Positions 38,359 to 50,890 of a DNA stretch of 64,000 nucleotides are shown here, one piece after another (the stretch's first letter is position 1; each line of letters starts with the position of its first letter). Source of the stretch: Macrostomum hystrix (taxonomy: Eukaryota > Animalia > Platyhelminthes). The translations under genes were made by a program, and so were the position numbers. Below the pieces are notes generated by a model. The model had not been told where the DNA came from, made no database searches, and saw nothing but the letters and a program-made list of their open reading frames with translations. The stretch lies in contig CATNEN010000039.1 in NCBI GenBank assembly GCA_950097015.1, positions 1,178,001-1,242,000 of the forward strand, in the 5' to 3' direction.

Positions 38359-39291
38359 CCAGCCAGTATAATAACATTTTTTCCCTTCACTTCTATCAAG
38401 TCCGTGTAGATTGTTGAGTAGCGCTGAATCCTCGCATGCGGAAGGTCCCTAGCTCGATTACCAATTACATTTGATTTTTGTAATTGACGAAATAAAACTT
38501 ATCACTTTTTGTCATTTATTCTTTTCATTCCTCCTTTCTATTGATCTGTCATCTATTTCATTTCTAAAATGCATATAATATGCCTGTGTTGTATTATAGT
38601 TCTTGCCGTTCTAGCCAAAAAGATATAATTCATTATGCAAGAGTTTTCCATATACGAAATTCGTTCGCCACTGCTTCGAGTTCTTTCGAGTTCTAGGGAC
38701 AAGTTTGGTTTCTTTTGAAAAATGGCTTTGTCATGTATGTATCTCATGTATCTCATTGAGCTACTTAGTCGAAGTTATTCTACACTACGCCGTAAAAATG
38801 GCTTCCCTATATGTTTGGAAATGTCTAGAAATGGCTAGTGTTATGGCCAGCCAGTATAATAATATTTTTTCCCTTCACTTGTATTAAGTCTGTGTAGATT
38901 GTTGAGTAGCGCTGAATCCTCGCATGCGGAAGGTCCCTAGCTCGATTACCAACCACTACTGATTTTTGTAATTGACGAAATAAAACTTTTTCACTTTTTG
39001 TCATTTTTTCTTTTCATTCCTCCTTTCTATTAATCTGTCATCTATTTCATTTCTAAAATGCATATATGCCTGTGTTGTATATAGTTCTTGCCGTTCTAGC
39101 CAAAAAGCTATAATTCATTATGCAAGAGTTTTCCATATCGAGTTCTTTGAGTTCTAGGGACAAGGATTCTAGTTTGGTTTCTTTTGAAAAATGGCCTTGT
39201 CATGTATGTATCTCATGTATCTCATTGAGCTACTTAGTCGAAGTTATTCTACACTACGCCGTAAAAATGGCTTCCCTATATGTTTGGAAAT
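38359..39291. repeat. Tandem duplication of a ~490-bp unit containing a tRNA/SINE-like head
   Basis: 38359-38846 repeated at 38847-39291. Confidence 0.85.
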
Positions 39292-39614
39292 AAGTTATTT
39301 ATATAGTTTCTTACTACATGCACGTGGGTTAGGAATGCAATTCCCCCAAGGCCACCGCCAGTAAGGCTAGCCCCCCGTGGGTCCACGTGGAATCACCCGG
39401 CTAGCCGAGTATTTTTTGACTAGTGGAAGTGTCGGCTAGCCGGCGGCCGTTAGATGATAGTGGGGTGCCCTGGTCCCCACGCAGTTCTTCTGACTAAAAT
39501 CTCATCAAGCACACATGGTTGAACTGACTGCTAAGTACAAATGAAATATATATATGGTTGATGAATTAAGAAAACTGATGAATGTGTAGCGAAAAATAAT
39601 TCAATCAGCATACC

Positions 39615-42466
39615 ATGCAGCAACCTAATAAGCCAGGAAACAGTCACTTCTGCACAGCATTTGGCTGTAGCAACAGGGCCTCAAGTTCGTCAGCAATCTC
39701 ATTTCACTCCTTCCCGAAGGACAATGATGTTAAGAAAAAATGGATAGCTGCTCTCCGCCGCAAAGATTTCAAACCTTCAAAGCATTCCAAGGTGTGCTCT
39801 GAGCACTTTACTCCAGAGTGTTTTGTGCAACCTGTAGAAGGATTTCGGCCATTGGAACGTAAGCGACTCTATCCGGAAGCAGTGCCCTCCATTTTTCCCG
39901 GCTTTCCGAGTCATTTGAGTAGCACTCCTGCTAGTGCTACTCAAATGTGCTACTCATGAGAAAGACAATGACTTCGGCTGCTGCTGGCCAAATCGACTTC
40001 TCAAGCTTCATCAAGGATGCCGAGGAAAATGCGCCCTCACAGCTGGCTGAAGAGGAAAGTGCGACGGCTCAATCTGAGGCCGCACCCGCTGATGACTGCC
40101 ACCAAAACTGTGTCAGTAAGGAGCAGTTTAACAAGAAAGTGAAGGCTTTGAAAAATCTTCGGCGCCGGTACAGGAGGCTTACACAGGCAAGTGACGATTT
40201 TAAAGTAATGACCCGTTCTTTGCAACTTGCGCGCAAGCAACTGGAGAGAAAATATGGAAGCATTCGCCGTCTGCGGTCCAAGAATTCGCGTTTAAAAAGT
40301 AAGGCGACATCACTGCTTCAGCTGATCACGTCGCTAAAGGGACAGAATGTCCTTTCTGCAGCTGAGGCTTCGCGACTGAACTTTCTGGCATCCAACTCTC
40401 CTTCTTAACAGTTTGGTGTCCCAGAAGAATCCGCGCTCTAAGAAATTCTCTCCTAATGTAAAGAAGTTTGCCTCGACATTGCACTTTTACAGTGCAAAGG
40501 CGTACCAGTATGTCCGTATCCGTAAATACTTTCAACTTCCTCATCCTGCTACACTTCGCCGATGGACATCAAATGTCAAATGTCTCCCCGGATTTTGCGA
40601 ATCATCCTTCCAAGAGCTTTCAAGACGACGCAACTTGCCTGGTGCAGAAGCATTTGCCTACTGTAATGTGGTGGCAGATGAAATGTCGCTTGAGAAGCTG
40701 ATCGAATGGGATTCCTGTGAAGGCAAGTTCTTTGGCTACGTGGACAAGGGCGACGGAGCAGTGACGGAAGAAGAGGCCACCTCTTCGCTTGTAATTATGG
40801 CCGTTGGACTCAAAAGCAACTGGAAGCTGCCTCTTGGTTACTTCTTAGTCAATGGCGTCAAGAGTGACTTTCTGTCCAATGTAATTGAAGAGGCCATTGC
40901 ACGCTTGTATCAGATTGGCATCATTGCGGCATCTTTCACGTGTGACGGAACGCAGCATAACATCAGAGCAATGGAAATCCTTGGCGCTAGTCTTGGTGCA
41001 ATTGATGGAATCAGGGTCTCGTTCCAGCACCCGTGCGACCCGACGATCTCTGTTGCAACTTTTCTGGATGCGGCTCACATGCTCAAGCTGCTGTGCAACC
41101 AGTGGCAAGCACTTGGAACGATTGTGTGGCCAGGTAGAGGGAGAATTGAATGGCAGTACGTGAGCCTTCTACAGGAAGTTCAAGAGCGCCACGGCCTTCG
41201 CCTGGGCAATAAGCTGAGCAGGTTTCACATTAATTTCAGCAATCTAAAAATGTAGGTCTATCTGGCTGCACAGCTCTTCAGCAAGTCGGTTGCCGACTCA
41301 CTGCGCTGGGTCCATCAAGCAATTCCCTGGATTCGAGCATCCTGATGTACTCGTAACCGCAGACTTTGTCGAACGCATCAACGATCTGTTCGATGCATTC
41401 AATTCAAAACAGCTTGTGAACTACAAATTGAAGGTGGGCCTGAGAGGTGACAATGAGCAAAAGTGGAAGAACTTCTTCAATGACTGCATCAGTATGCTTG
41501 CGAGCCTGGAAACAGTCAGCAGTCAGAAAATCATTTCCACTCAAAAGAAAACTGGCTTTCTCGGCTTCATCAGCAACAGCCATGCAGTGATGTCACTCGC
41601 TCAGTTTCTCTTTTCAACTGGTGACTTTTTTTCCTGTTGACATACAAGTTGTCCCAAGATTTTCTCGAATTGTTTTTTAACGCCATTCGGCTTCGCAACG
41701 GATGGAATCACAACCCCACTCCGAGACAATTCTGATTTGCTTTTCGCCAGCTGCTGGTCCACGCAGGCACTGGAATCATTCCATCAGCAGGTGCCAACGT
41801 CAGACAGCAGGATGAGACTGTACAACTGTCTCTACTTTGCAGTCATCAGCGGAATCCAGTTCTCAACTTCTACGGAGTCTTATGCCTGTGCTGAACTCAG
41901 TTGGAAAGCGTGTGGATTCGATTCAGCACTGCAGCTCCTTGTCAACTTGCGAGATGTGCCAGTCCGTTGTGCACTATATAGGAGGAGCTGTGGTTCGCAG
42001 TGTGCTGAAGATCCTGGACTGTGCACCGTGTCGTTGCGCCCTACTTGGCAGCTCAAGCTTATCTGATTCCGATGATTCGCACCTTCCGTCCTCCCTCGCC
42101 CTGCAAAGAATTCAACGAATAGCGAAGGCCGTGGAGGACTTGTGTTTCCCAGCGCTGATGCATTCCGACTCCCGAGTGTTTCTGCATGCAGAGTATGTTA
42201 TCCGGCGATCCTCTTATGACTGCAGCTTTCGGAGCGCACTCGCCATCCAGGAGATTCTGCGGCTGTCAGCCAATCTATTCGGTGATCTGGATTCTCATTC
42301 AGCTGTCTCCAGCATCGGCATTGAATCCCACAAGCTGCACCTAATTCGAGTTCTCAGCCAGTTTTTCATCAACGTGCGCATGAAGAAGGTAGCCAAGGAT
42401 CTCTCCACTGTCAAGTCTGGAAGGAGGCAGAAACTGCTAAGAACAGCTATTTTTCTTAACTTGTGA
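39615..42466 (+). pseudogene. THAP-domain P-element transposase (THAP9-like), multiple frameshifts and stops
   Basis: THAP CTAFGC...W...VCSEHF...AVPSIF; DEMSL, TCDG, DAAHMLKL, SQDFLELFF, GWNHNPT motifs. Confidence 0.93.
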
Positions 42467-43027
42467 ACATATTGCGTGCTAAAATTTCCTTGCTGTTGGA
42501 CTTTTCTTATCTTTTTTTGGTAAGCCATTGCTAACTGAACATTTGCATGCTTAATGCTGACTTAATTACAAGCTATTTTGTTTTTCTTGTCGCTGTTTTC
42601 GTCAATAATTTCTCTTTCGTTGTCAATTGTTTCATTATTGAAACTAACATTTTATCCACTTGAAAAGTAAATAATAATATATGCTTTTTTTTTGAAAACA
42701 TGCATCATATGAATCCTATAGAGTGCACATGAATAAAATTAGCCAGGCAGTATAGGGTGCTTAATGCTCGCATAAGGGCAGCGCCAGTGGGGGGAATCCT
42801 TTTTGGGGGGGAATCAACTTTAGTGCCATTATATCGATCGCGAAGGGGGGTTTCGCGGGGGACCCATTTTTTCTACACTAAAACTGACACGCCCCTCTCT
42901 CCCCCGTGCGCAGCCTAGTTATATTACTTGGTCTGTGCTTTGCCCCTACGCGCAGGCAAGAAAATTTCCAGGAAATTAACTCGAAAAGAGCGGATTCTTA
43001 TATTGCCTCTAAGACGCTTTAAATATT

Positions 43028-43534
43028 GGCAGTGCTTATTTTTGTCTTATTCCTACGGTACCGTGGGAATAATTTCCTGCTTATCCGCACGGCACACTGA
43101 CGAGATAGCTGTCCTATCATCTATCTTTTTTATCATGACTGCAATTTTCCTTTTTTTCTTCCGGTTTTTAAAAGCAAGTAAACAAATTAAAGTTTTCTGC
43201 TTTTTTCGCAAGTAGTTACCCAATACGGTGGCTTTTTTAAGTATATAAAAATATATTTCTATTATTTATATATTCAAAAGAATACAACTGAAGTGTGTAT
43301 TTTTTAAATCTTATAGCTCAAGCCTTTTAAGTCTATAATCCAGTCTATATTACTTTATTCTAAGCCAAGTTAAAATAGGTCCATAAAAAATGTCTGACAG
43401 TGCCAACGGAATATGTTGAAGATAGGACAGCTATCTCGTCAGTGTGCCGTGCGGATAAGCAGGAAATTATTCCCACGGTACCGTAGGAATAAGACAAAAA
43501 TTATTTCCACGGTACCGTGGGGATAAGCACTGCC
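43028..43534. mobile_element. Mutator-type MITE (copy B, same family as 13739-14222)
   Basis: Same TIRs; 9-bp TSD TTAAATATT. Confidence 0.92.
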
Positions 43535-43593
43535 TTAAATATTATTGCTGGCTTGTTTCAGAACAAACGAGGAACTTGCTTATTCAAGAAAGC

Positions 43594-44778
43594 ATGCAGT
43601 GCGATCTGTACCAGGAATGGCTAACGGCAAAGAAAAAAGAGGACTTAAAGTACTACAGCGACCCCGAATTCCGAGAGGCCTACACGAGTGGGGAAATGCT
43701 CAGAAAGTCGAATCTGATGCGCACCCAATCTCGGGAAGAGGTGACGCAGGTGCTCAATGCACTTAGCTCTGAGGCTGCATCGCGTGAGATTCGAGTCTTG
43801 TCGCTTGGCTGCGGTCCCGGCAGCGATCTGCTCGGGATAATCTGGGCAATCAGGGACGCACTGGACAGAAGCGCCGGTGCGAGCATCCAGTCCTGGAGCA
43901 CCGGTTACCGAATTTCGCTGAGATGCACCGGGGTCGACGCGTTTCCGTGGGAGCGGCAGCTGTTTGACAGTCATTTTCGGAGGGCCACCTCCACAGTGCT
44001 GAGAGGCAGCCAGTGCGAGTTTATCGAGCAGGCGATGGAGGACTTCGTGCACAACAGTACAGTGAATTTGTTCGACATCATCAGTGTCAGCTTTGTTGAT
44101 GCCGGCAGCAGTCTGAGCTTGGTGGGCGTGAAGCTGCCTCAAATGCTGAGCAAGTCTGGTCAGGTCTTTGTCATGGACAATGACATCAGAAGTGTGCAGC
44201 AGCTTGAGAACTTCGGTTTTAAACGTAAATTTACAGGAAAGCAGATCTGCCTGTACACCCGAGGCCCGGGCAACTTTAATTTCAGATACATTCCAGCTGC
44301 CGACTCGGCGATTAAGAGATTCAGAACCGCTGAACGATTGTTGTTAGAGCAGCAGGAGTGGCAGCACCAGCCACTGCTTGATAAGATGAGGCTGCAGGAA
44401 CTGCAGAAGAGGCAGCTAGAAAAGCAGAAAGTTCAGGAGAAACAGCGCCAGAACCGACTGCAGGGGCAACAGCAACACGAGCTACTGCAGCAACAGCAAC
44501 GTCAGCAACGACTGCAGCAAGAGCAACGTCAGCAGCGACTGCAGCAAGAGCAACGTCAGCAGCGACTGCAGCAAGAGCAACGTCAGCAGCGACTGCAGGA
44601 ACAACAGCGGCAGCGGGAACAACATCGTCAGCTGAGTCACCATATTCAGGTGAACGCGCGGCCACGCGAGGGACATTTTGGCGGTCAACACGTCGACGTG
44701 CTGACTCCGGACAGGCGAGTGGACTCAGTCAATATTTCTGCGAAACTTAATTGCTGCCCGTGCTGCACGCTTTTGTGA
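43594..44778 (+). CDS. SAM-methyltransferase-like protein with Q-rich repeat and CCPCCTLL CaaX tail (copy 2)
   Basis: Intact ORF, near-identical MTase domain to copy 1; tttcag acceptor ending 43561. Confidence 0.8.
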   Translation: MQCDLYQEWLTAKKKEDLKYYSDPEFREAYTSGEMLRKSNLMRTQSREEVTQVLNALSSEAASREIRVLSLGCGPGSDLLGIIWAIRDALDRSAGASIQSWSTGYRISLRCTGVDAFPWERQLFDSHFRRATSTVLRGSQCEFIEQAMEDFVHNSTVNLFDIISVSFVDAGSSLSLVGVKLPQMLSKSGQVFVMDNDIRSVQQLENFGFKRKFTGKQICLYTRGPGNFNFRYIPAADSAIKRFRTAERLLLEQQEWQHQPLLDKMRLQELQKRQLEKQKVQEKQRQNRLQGQQQHELLQQQQRQQRLQQEQRQQRLQQEQRQQRLQQEQRQQRLQEQQRQREQHRQLSHHIQVNARPREGHFGGQHVDVLTPDRRVDSVNISAKLNCCPCCTLL

Positions 44779-46708
44779 GCATCTTCTGTTTGGTCGCTTT
44801 GGTTTAGGAGAAGCTTAGGAGAACACTGCGGCAGTCTCTGAAACTGATGCTATATTCTTTGCTGCCATGATTGTTTTAGTAATTTTTTTATAACTGCAGA
44901 GGCCCTTTTCCTCCCCTCTGCATTTTGATCAGCCCAGCCAGTTCTGGCCGGTTGGCCTGTCTGACCTTTGGCTGAGTCCCACCTTTTCCTGCCCCGGAAC
45001 TCGAGGCGATTGGCTGGCCCTCCTGCTCGATCTCTCGCGTTTCTCTCAGGCCTGCGTTGCTTTGCCTTCTTTTTGTGCTAATCAGCTTTGTCATCCCTTC
45101 ATTGTTTAAGCCAGCCTTGTGTCGCTATGGCCCTCCCTAGCCTCTGCGTGTCTCTCTCGCAGAGGGGCTCTCTTTTGCTGATATATTGCATTGACCCGGT
45201 TTTTCGTGAAATTCAGCAAACACGAACTGTTTCTGCATGTTTTTTATGTTGCTCATTCGATTTCCATTTTCTGCTCAGATCTAGAATTAATACTCGTGCT
45301 TATCATAATTTAAAATTTATTGCCTAATATATTGAGCAGCCAGCGTGTGTATGAGCATAAGTTAGCATGCGTTTGTACTCAAATGTGTCATTTCTTGCTG
45401 TGTTTAGTTCAGCGTCTGCTATAGAGCTAATTGTTTATTGATATTTTACCGTCAGAATGTAAGCAGAAAGCCTGTTATTTCAATTACGAAAGGAGTCACG
45501 ACTTAATCATTTTTACTGGATCATTTAGTGACTAGAAAAGAATTCGCATTTGTCGAAAAGTGATGAAACTGTACTCTCTTTCCAGTGACGGGAATTATCT
45601 TTTCAGCGAAGGGAAATTTTGGGACAGTGAAAATTCTTGCGGCCTGCGTTTGACTGCATGCAAGGCTGTGCTCAACCCTGAGCAGTCTATCGAGTGTTTC
45701 TGGCTTTAAATATGCAGCTCTGCCTCATCGCACCTGTCGGCCTGCCCACAGGAATATAGTCTCGATGAAGCTCAGCGTTTGAGCATTCTGGCATCAGCTG
45801 GCTTTTACTGGCTATTGGCACGGATTGCAGCCGCGTGGTTATTTTATCTACTCAGCAGTTTGAGTTGGAAAGTTTTTGCCACGGCAGTGGAATACTTTAG
45901 CTTAGAAGGACTCATCTGGCTGCTCTCACGATGCCATCGCTGAGGCCGATACGGCTGCTGCCTCTCACGGCACGTCATCGAGCCGCTTGGCGCCACGCAA
46001 CACTTCCACAATGTTCCACACCTGCGCTTTAGCTTGTTTTCCATAGCTACTCTTACCTGATCTATACCTCTATTCTCTGTTCTTTTCTGTAATGAGCCGC
46101 TCGACTCTATAGCATCGATCGTCCCGAGTTTGAATCCATGACTAGTGTAAAGATCTACTCCAAAATTTTTTTGAAGTTTCCGGCGAGGAGTCTTTATGTC
46201 TCATATAAAATTTGATTTGAGTTAAAAAAATTCAGTGCGTTGGAGATGGTGGGAGAATCGGAGATTGGAGAATCGGAGATGGGAGAATTGGAGATGGGAT
46301 ATGTGCAATAGTGTAACAGTACAGTACTCAACAGTTCTTTCTTTTTCTGATGCTTTCAGTTTTTCTTCTCATGCTTTCAGTTTCAGCGCGCATCAACTGA
46401 CATGCAAAACTCACTGCTAAATGTTTTTTTCTATTCGGCTGAGCCTGAACTGGTTTGCGATCGACTAATCAGAGGGTTGCCATGGCAGCATGCGCAACAA
46501 TAGCTTAGTTTCAGTTCTATCAACTCCCCACAACTGTGGGGAGACAGTCGCGTCTCCCTTCACAGTCTGCTCATTTTACCTGCTCTGTTTGGAGACGGGA
46601 GCGCTTATTAGGACTCCATCAACACCCCAGCTCAGCAAGAGCAGCCGAATCTTTCTAGCTAACTTCGATTACAATGGACTAAAAACGAGTCCATTGTTTT
46701 TAAAAAAA

Positions 46709-49363
46709 ATGCGAATTTTCTTCGAGACAAGCATGCTCACTGTAATTGTCTGCTCGAGTATTCTTCAAGGTGAGTCTGAGCATGTCCCTCTGCCGCACTA
46801 AATCTACTAGCGACTGTACAGTCTGTCGCTGTATTTCAGTCGCAGCCAGCAAGACTCCGCTGAGCATCACTCAGCCGCCCTACTCCATGGCTGTCGGCCA
46901 AGTCCTCATCGAAGCCTCCGTGAGCAGCGGCATTCTGAACATGACCGGCTCCCGCTTCGACTGCCTGGTCCACTGCCAGGCTCTGGGCTGCGCAGCCGCG
47001 GTCACCCCCAGCTCCGGCAGCGGTGCCTGCCAGCTGCTGATCATCAACAACGAGTCCTTCGTCGACCAGCCCGGCGACACGCACCAGCTGCGAGTTCTGG
47101 GCTCTGAGCTAGGGCTCAGTGTCTGGAAGGCGGCCGACTTTGAGGCCCAATTGCTGGCGAAGACGAAGCCGGAGCTCGTGCCCAACTATGCACTGAGCTT
47201 CCAGAGTGAGTCGAATCTCTGTTGCTAGCCTTCTGGTGCCATTGAAGTGCTCAAATGTATTGTGCTCAGCCAATGACTACTTAACAACACAGGACGCTAA
47301 TATTGACAGAAAATCTAAGAGGCCGCTTTGATTCCTTGTGTCCATGGTTTTATGCATAAAGTTTCCTATAAATACCCAAAATGCGAGCAATAAAGAACGT
47401 GTATATTTACGCGAAATAAGCGAACGCAGCTCGAACGAAAGACTAAATTGAACAAAGAAAATAACAAAATATGTACTATTCATTAAGGTTGTTCCTTGTT
47501 TACTGTACCGCCTTCCTCCAGCCATCGGGTTCTAACTGATCTTTTGGAAGCCGTAATACTGAGTATACTGAGCATAGTCTTGTAATTTCTGGTAAAGCCA
47601 GCAATTACATTGGGATCTCGCGATTTTCTCGCGAAGGAAATTTTCTTATCATTTGGTATGAACTATTGCTTTACAAGAATCTCTATTAGACTAGAACGCT
47701 TCTCTTCTTAGTCCATGTTAAAATACATGGGATTTCGGCCCTCGAGGCATACTAAAACCATTAACACAAATAATAAAAGCTGCCCTTTTGACTTTGTCAA
47801 CATTAGCGAGTGCAACGTCCCGTGTTCTCAAGTTGTCCTCGTGCTCAGCTCTTTGCAAGTTTTATCCAGTGAGTAAGGCAAAATCCCGTTGATTCTGTGG
47901 TACTTTTAGACACGGGCGCTGGCCGAACCGGCAGTGCTCAGCAGGCGGTGCTCAACATCACTGGCTGTTTTGCTATCGAGGCCGTAGGCGCCAGTGGAGG
48001 AGCTGGTGCCACCAGAGTGCCCGGGGGCCGGGGCGCTCAGGTGTCCGGCCGGTTTTACCTGGCAAACGGCACGCGCCTGGAGGTTATTGTCGGCCAGCAG
48101 GGCGGCAAAGGTGCCATGAGCAGCGTCGGCGGTGGAGGCGGCGGCGGCAGCTTTGTGTACCGCCTTAACGACAGCATGCCGATGGTGGCTGCTGGAGGAG
48201 GCGGAGGAGCAGCGCCGGCATACTATAGTAAGCGGGTGTGGGCAGACACTGGCAGCTAGCTAGAATTCTTATTTTAAAAGTGCGTCTGCCCCAAAAAACT
48301 ATAGGGCTTTGGTCTCAACTTGGAATACTGTGAGAGTGAAAGTGCGGGATATGCCCATCGTGCGATCTTCATCCTTGAGGACCAAACCTTATTGGGCCAG
48401 TTGAGTTGTGCATCTGCCTGACGATGATAGTATCAGCGCAAAGCTTTCAACCTTTCTACTGGATATCAAAGTCGATTGTTATAGTTATTATTTTTTTAGC
48501 TCTGTGTTAGCGACATTTCGTGCGGTCGAGAGGGCATTAAGCTCCTACTCAAATTTGTACTCAACTTTTTGTAAATTTGTAATTTTGTAAAGGCGGCATC
48601 AATGGTCAAGCCGGCGAGAACGGCACCAGAGCCCGCGGCGACCCCTTCCTGGATCAGTTTGGCGGCTTCGGCGGCGTCAACGGGCAGCCAGGTGCGGGCA
48701 CTCCGGGATTGCCTCCACCCCAGTGCAATCCGGGCGGCAGCGGCGCCGGCTGGTTTGGCCGGCCCAACGAGACCCGGCGCAGCGCGTACGACGGCGACGT
48801 CGGTGGAGGCCCCGCCGAGGGCTGGGCCGGAGGCGTCGGCGGCCAACTGTTCGGCTCGGGCGATGGCGGCTTCGGAGGCGGAGGCGGCAGCGGCTGCTAC
48901 CAGGAAAGTTATCCTAGTCAGTTGCGGATTTCTCATAAAAAAATGCAACGGTCTTCTAGCTCACTAAGAGCTCTAGTCTTAGTGAAAGACTGATTACACA
49001 AAACGAAGTAAAAACCTAATATTGAATATTATTGCACTTTTTCTTCTTCATGTCGAGAAAACCCACGCCTTTAAGTTTACCGCGATTCGCGACTGTATAA
49101 TAGCTTTCTATCTGAGCCTTAGTCCAGGTGAGCTTCTGCCAATCTGCATCTTCCAGGCTCCTAGCACGTCTGGCGCTGCTGGCGCCGGCGGCGGCTTCAG
49201 CGGCGGTGCCGCCGGCTTGTCGGCTTCGCTTGGCGGCGGCGGCGGAGGCTCCTGGTGCGGTGGCTTCGCCTGCCTGGCTGTCACCGGTGGTGGCGCGACG
49301 GCCAGTCACGGCCGTGTAACGATGCGCCTCGTCTCCTTGCTAACCAGGAGCTGTGGGGGCTGA
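46709..49363 (+). CDS. Putative secreted protein: PAN/Apple-like Cys domain plus ALK/LTK-type glycine-rich domain (exons 46709-46769, 46840-47205, 47910-48227, 48593-~48916, ~49157-49363)
   Basis: First three introns GT-AG, phase 1, frame-consistent; IEAVGASGG..GGRGA..G.F.L..G..LEVIVGQQG..GGGGGSFVY..AAGGGGG motifs; last junction uncertain. Confidence 0.75.
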
Positions 49364-50890
49364 TGTTTTATCAGAAGTACTACATAGTGTTCATGATACA
49401 GACAACGGGATTGGATCGATGACAATGAGTTTTTGTTTAAGTAATTTTGAGAGCCCTCAGTACATAACTGATCATCTTGGGCCTGTGTCAAAAACACACC
49501 AAAAATGATCGGAATCCCCCCAAAGCTTGTATTTAGCTGTGCTCTTCGGACATGTTTTACGCACTTGCCGGGATAATCCTGCTAGCAAAATAAGTTCTTA
49601 CGATTTTTTCATTTCCTCAAATAAAAATTACTAAAATAATCAAAACGGCGCATGAAATTTCTGTGTTTCTTCTATGTTGTTGTGACATCTTCAAATGTTT
49701 GATTGATTTCATATCCAGAAGTCAAGATATGATTTTATTAAGATTCACCTAATTTTTTGTATGCATACAGCAGCTGCGAAAAAGGGATTATCAAAGAAAA
49801 ATAATAGCATACAATCCAAATGGTAATTGTTGTTCTCGAAGGAAAGAATCCGTCTTTTTAATCTGAAGATATTTCAGAGTTAAAGCTCGAAACCAGAAAC
49901 CATGCAGAAACAATCATGGTTTGTTTCTCTTGTTTCTCGTATATATATTATTCTCTTGATACAGCACTACTGATTAAATACTGAGTCATCACCTTCAAAG
50001 CACAGTGACTCAGAGTGTGATAAAAGTAGTTCAGGCTCTTTAGTTTTATTTAATGGACTGAAATTCAGATATGTAAGTTTTGTTATAGTAAATAATGTAA
50101 TTTAACGCTCACATTTAAACTCGTACCCTTAAATGTGAAACGTGCTGACAGGCTCTCTATATATTGAATTAAATTAACTTATTGTAGAACAAAGCTTATC
50201 TTGTATATTGATTATATTGATAGTATGAATGGTTATACACAACCACAAATTATTTTTCTGTAGGTAAAGTAGTTACTGTAAAGTTTTTATTACAAGCATC
50301 TTCAGAAGCAAGTTTGATAAACTGATACTTTAGGCCTACTATATATATAATATATATTTCTGCATTCAGTTCCAGAATTTTTGCAGTCAATTTAAGAATA
50401 GCAGTCTAAGCCTTCTTATGGCCAGAATTTTTATATGTATCACAAAATCCTCCTTTTTGTGACTTGTGACTTTTGTGACAATGCAGATTTCAAAGTGTTC
50501 AAAATTGCGACAATGTTTTCCTCCCAGTAAGGAAGTGAAAGTTGAAAGTATGGATCAACCATAAGAATATTGATAAACACCCTACCCAGACCCAGACCTA
50601 ACCAGGCCTTGGTAGAAACATGTACACTAAGAAATGGAGAAAGTGTTGTAGGCCTAACTTCTTAGTAAAGTCTTAATCCCAATTATGCCATGAAATTTGT
50701 CCTAGGGCTGTTCTTATAAATATGTTTTTGGAAACAAATAATTAAAAAATTGTCTAATGACAAACTTATGAGTGTCTTTACTTATTTACTTAATGTTCTT
50801 CTTATTTTAAATTCAAATTGGTAGCATTATATATTTAATCTGGTAGCATTATATGTTCAATATGGCCGATATTTATACTTTCTGTTTACT

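Larger units (their letters stand above)
11560..39455 (-). mobile_element. 27.9-kb KDZ/Zisupton-like DNA transposon with cargo
   Basis: ~80-bp inverted repeats 11567-11646 / 39371-39449; direct repeat GATAGTGG at 11552-11559 and 39456-39463 (or 7-bp ATAGTGG with CA..TG ends); contains KDZ transposase. Confidence 0.8.
11422..42937 (+). mobile_element. P-superfamily (THAP9-like) transposon, ~3.6 kb core expanded to 31.5 kb by nested insertion
   Basis: Perfect 23-bp TIR CACAGACCAAGTAATATAACTAG at both ends; 8-bp TSD CTTTGCCC (11414-11421, 42938-42945); THAP-transposase inside. Confidence 0.92.
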
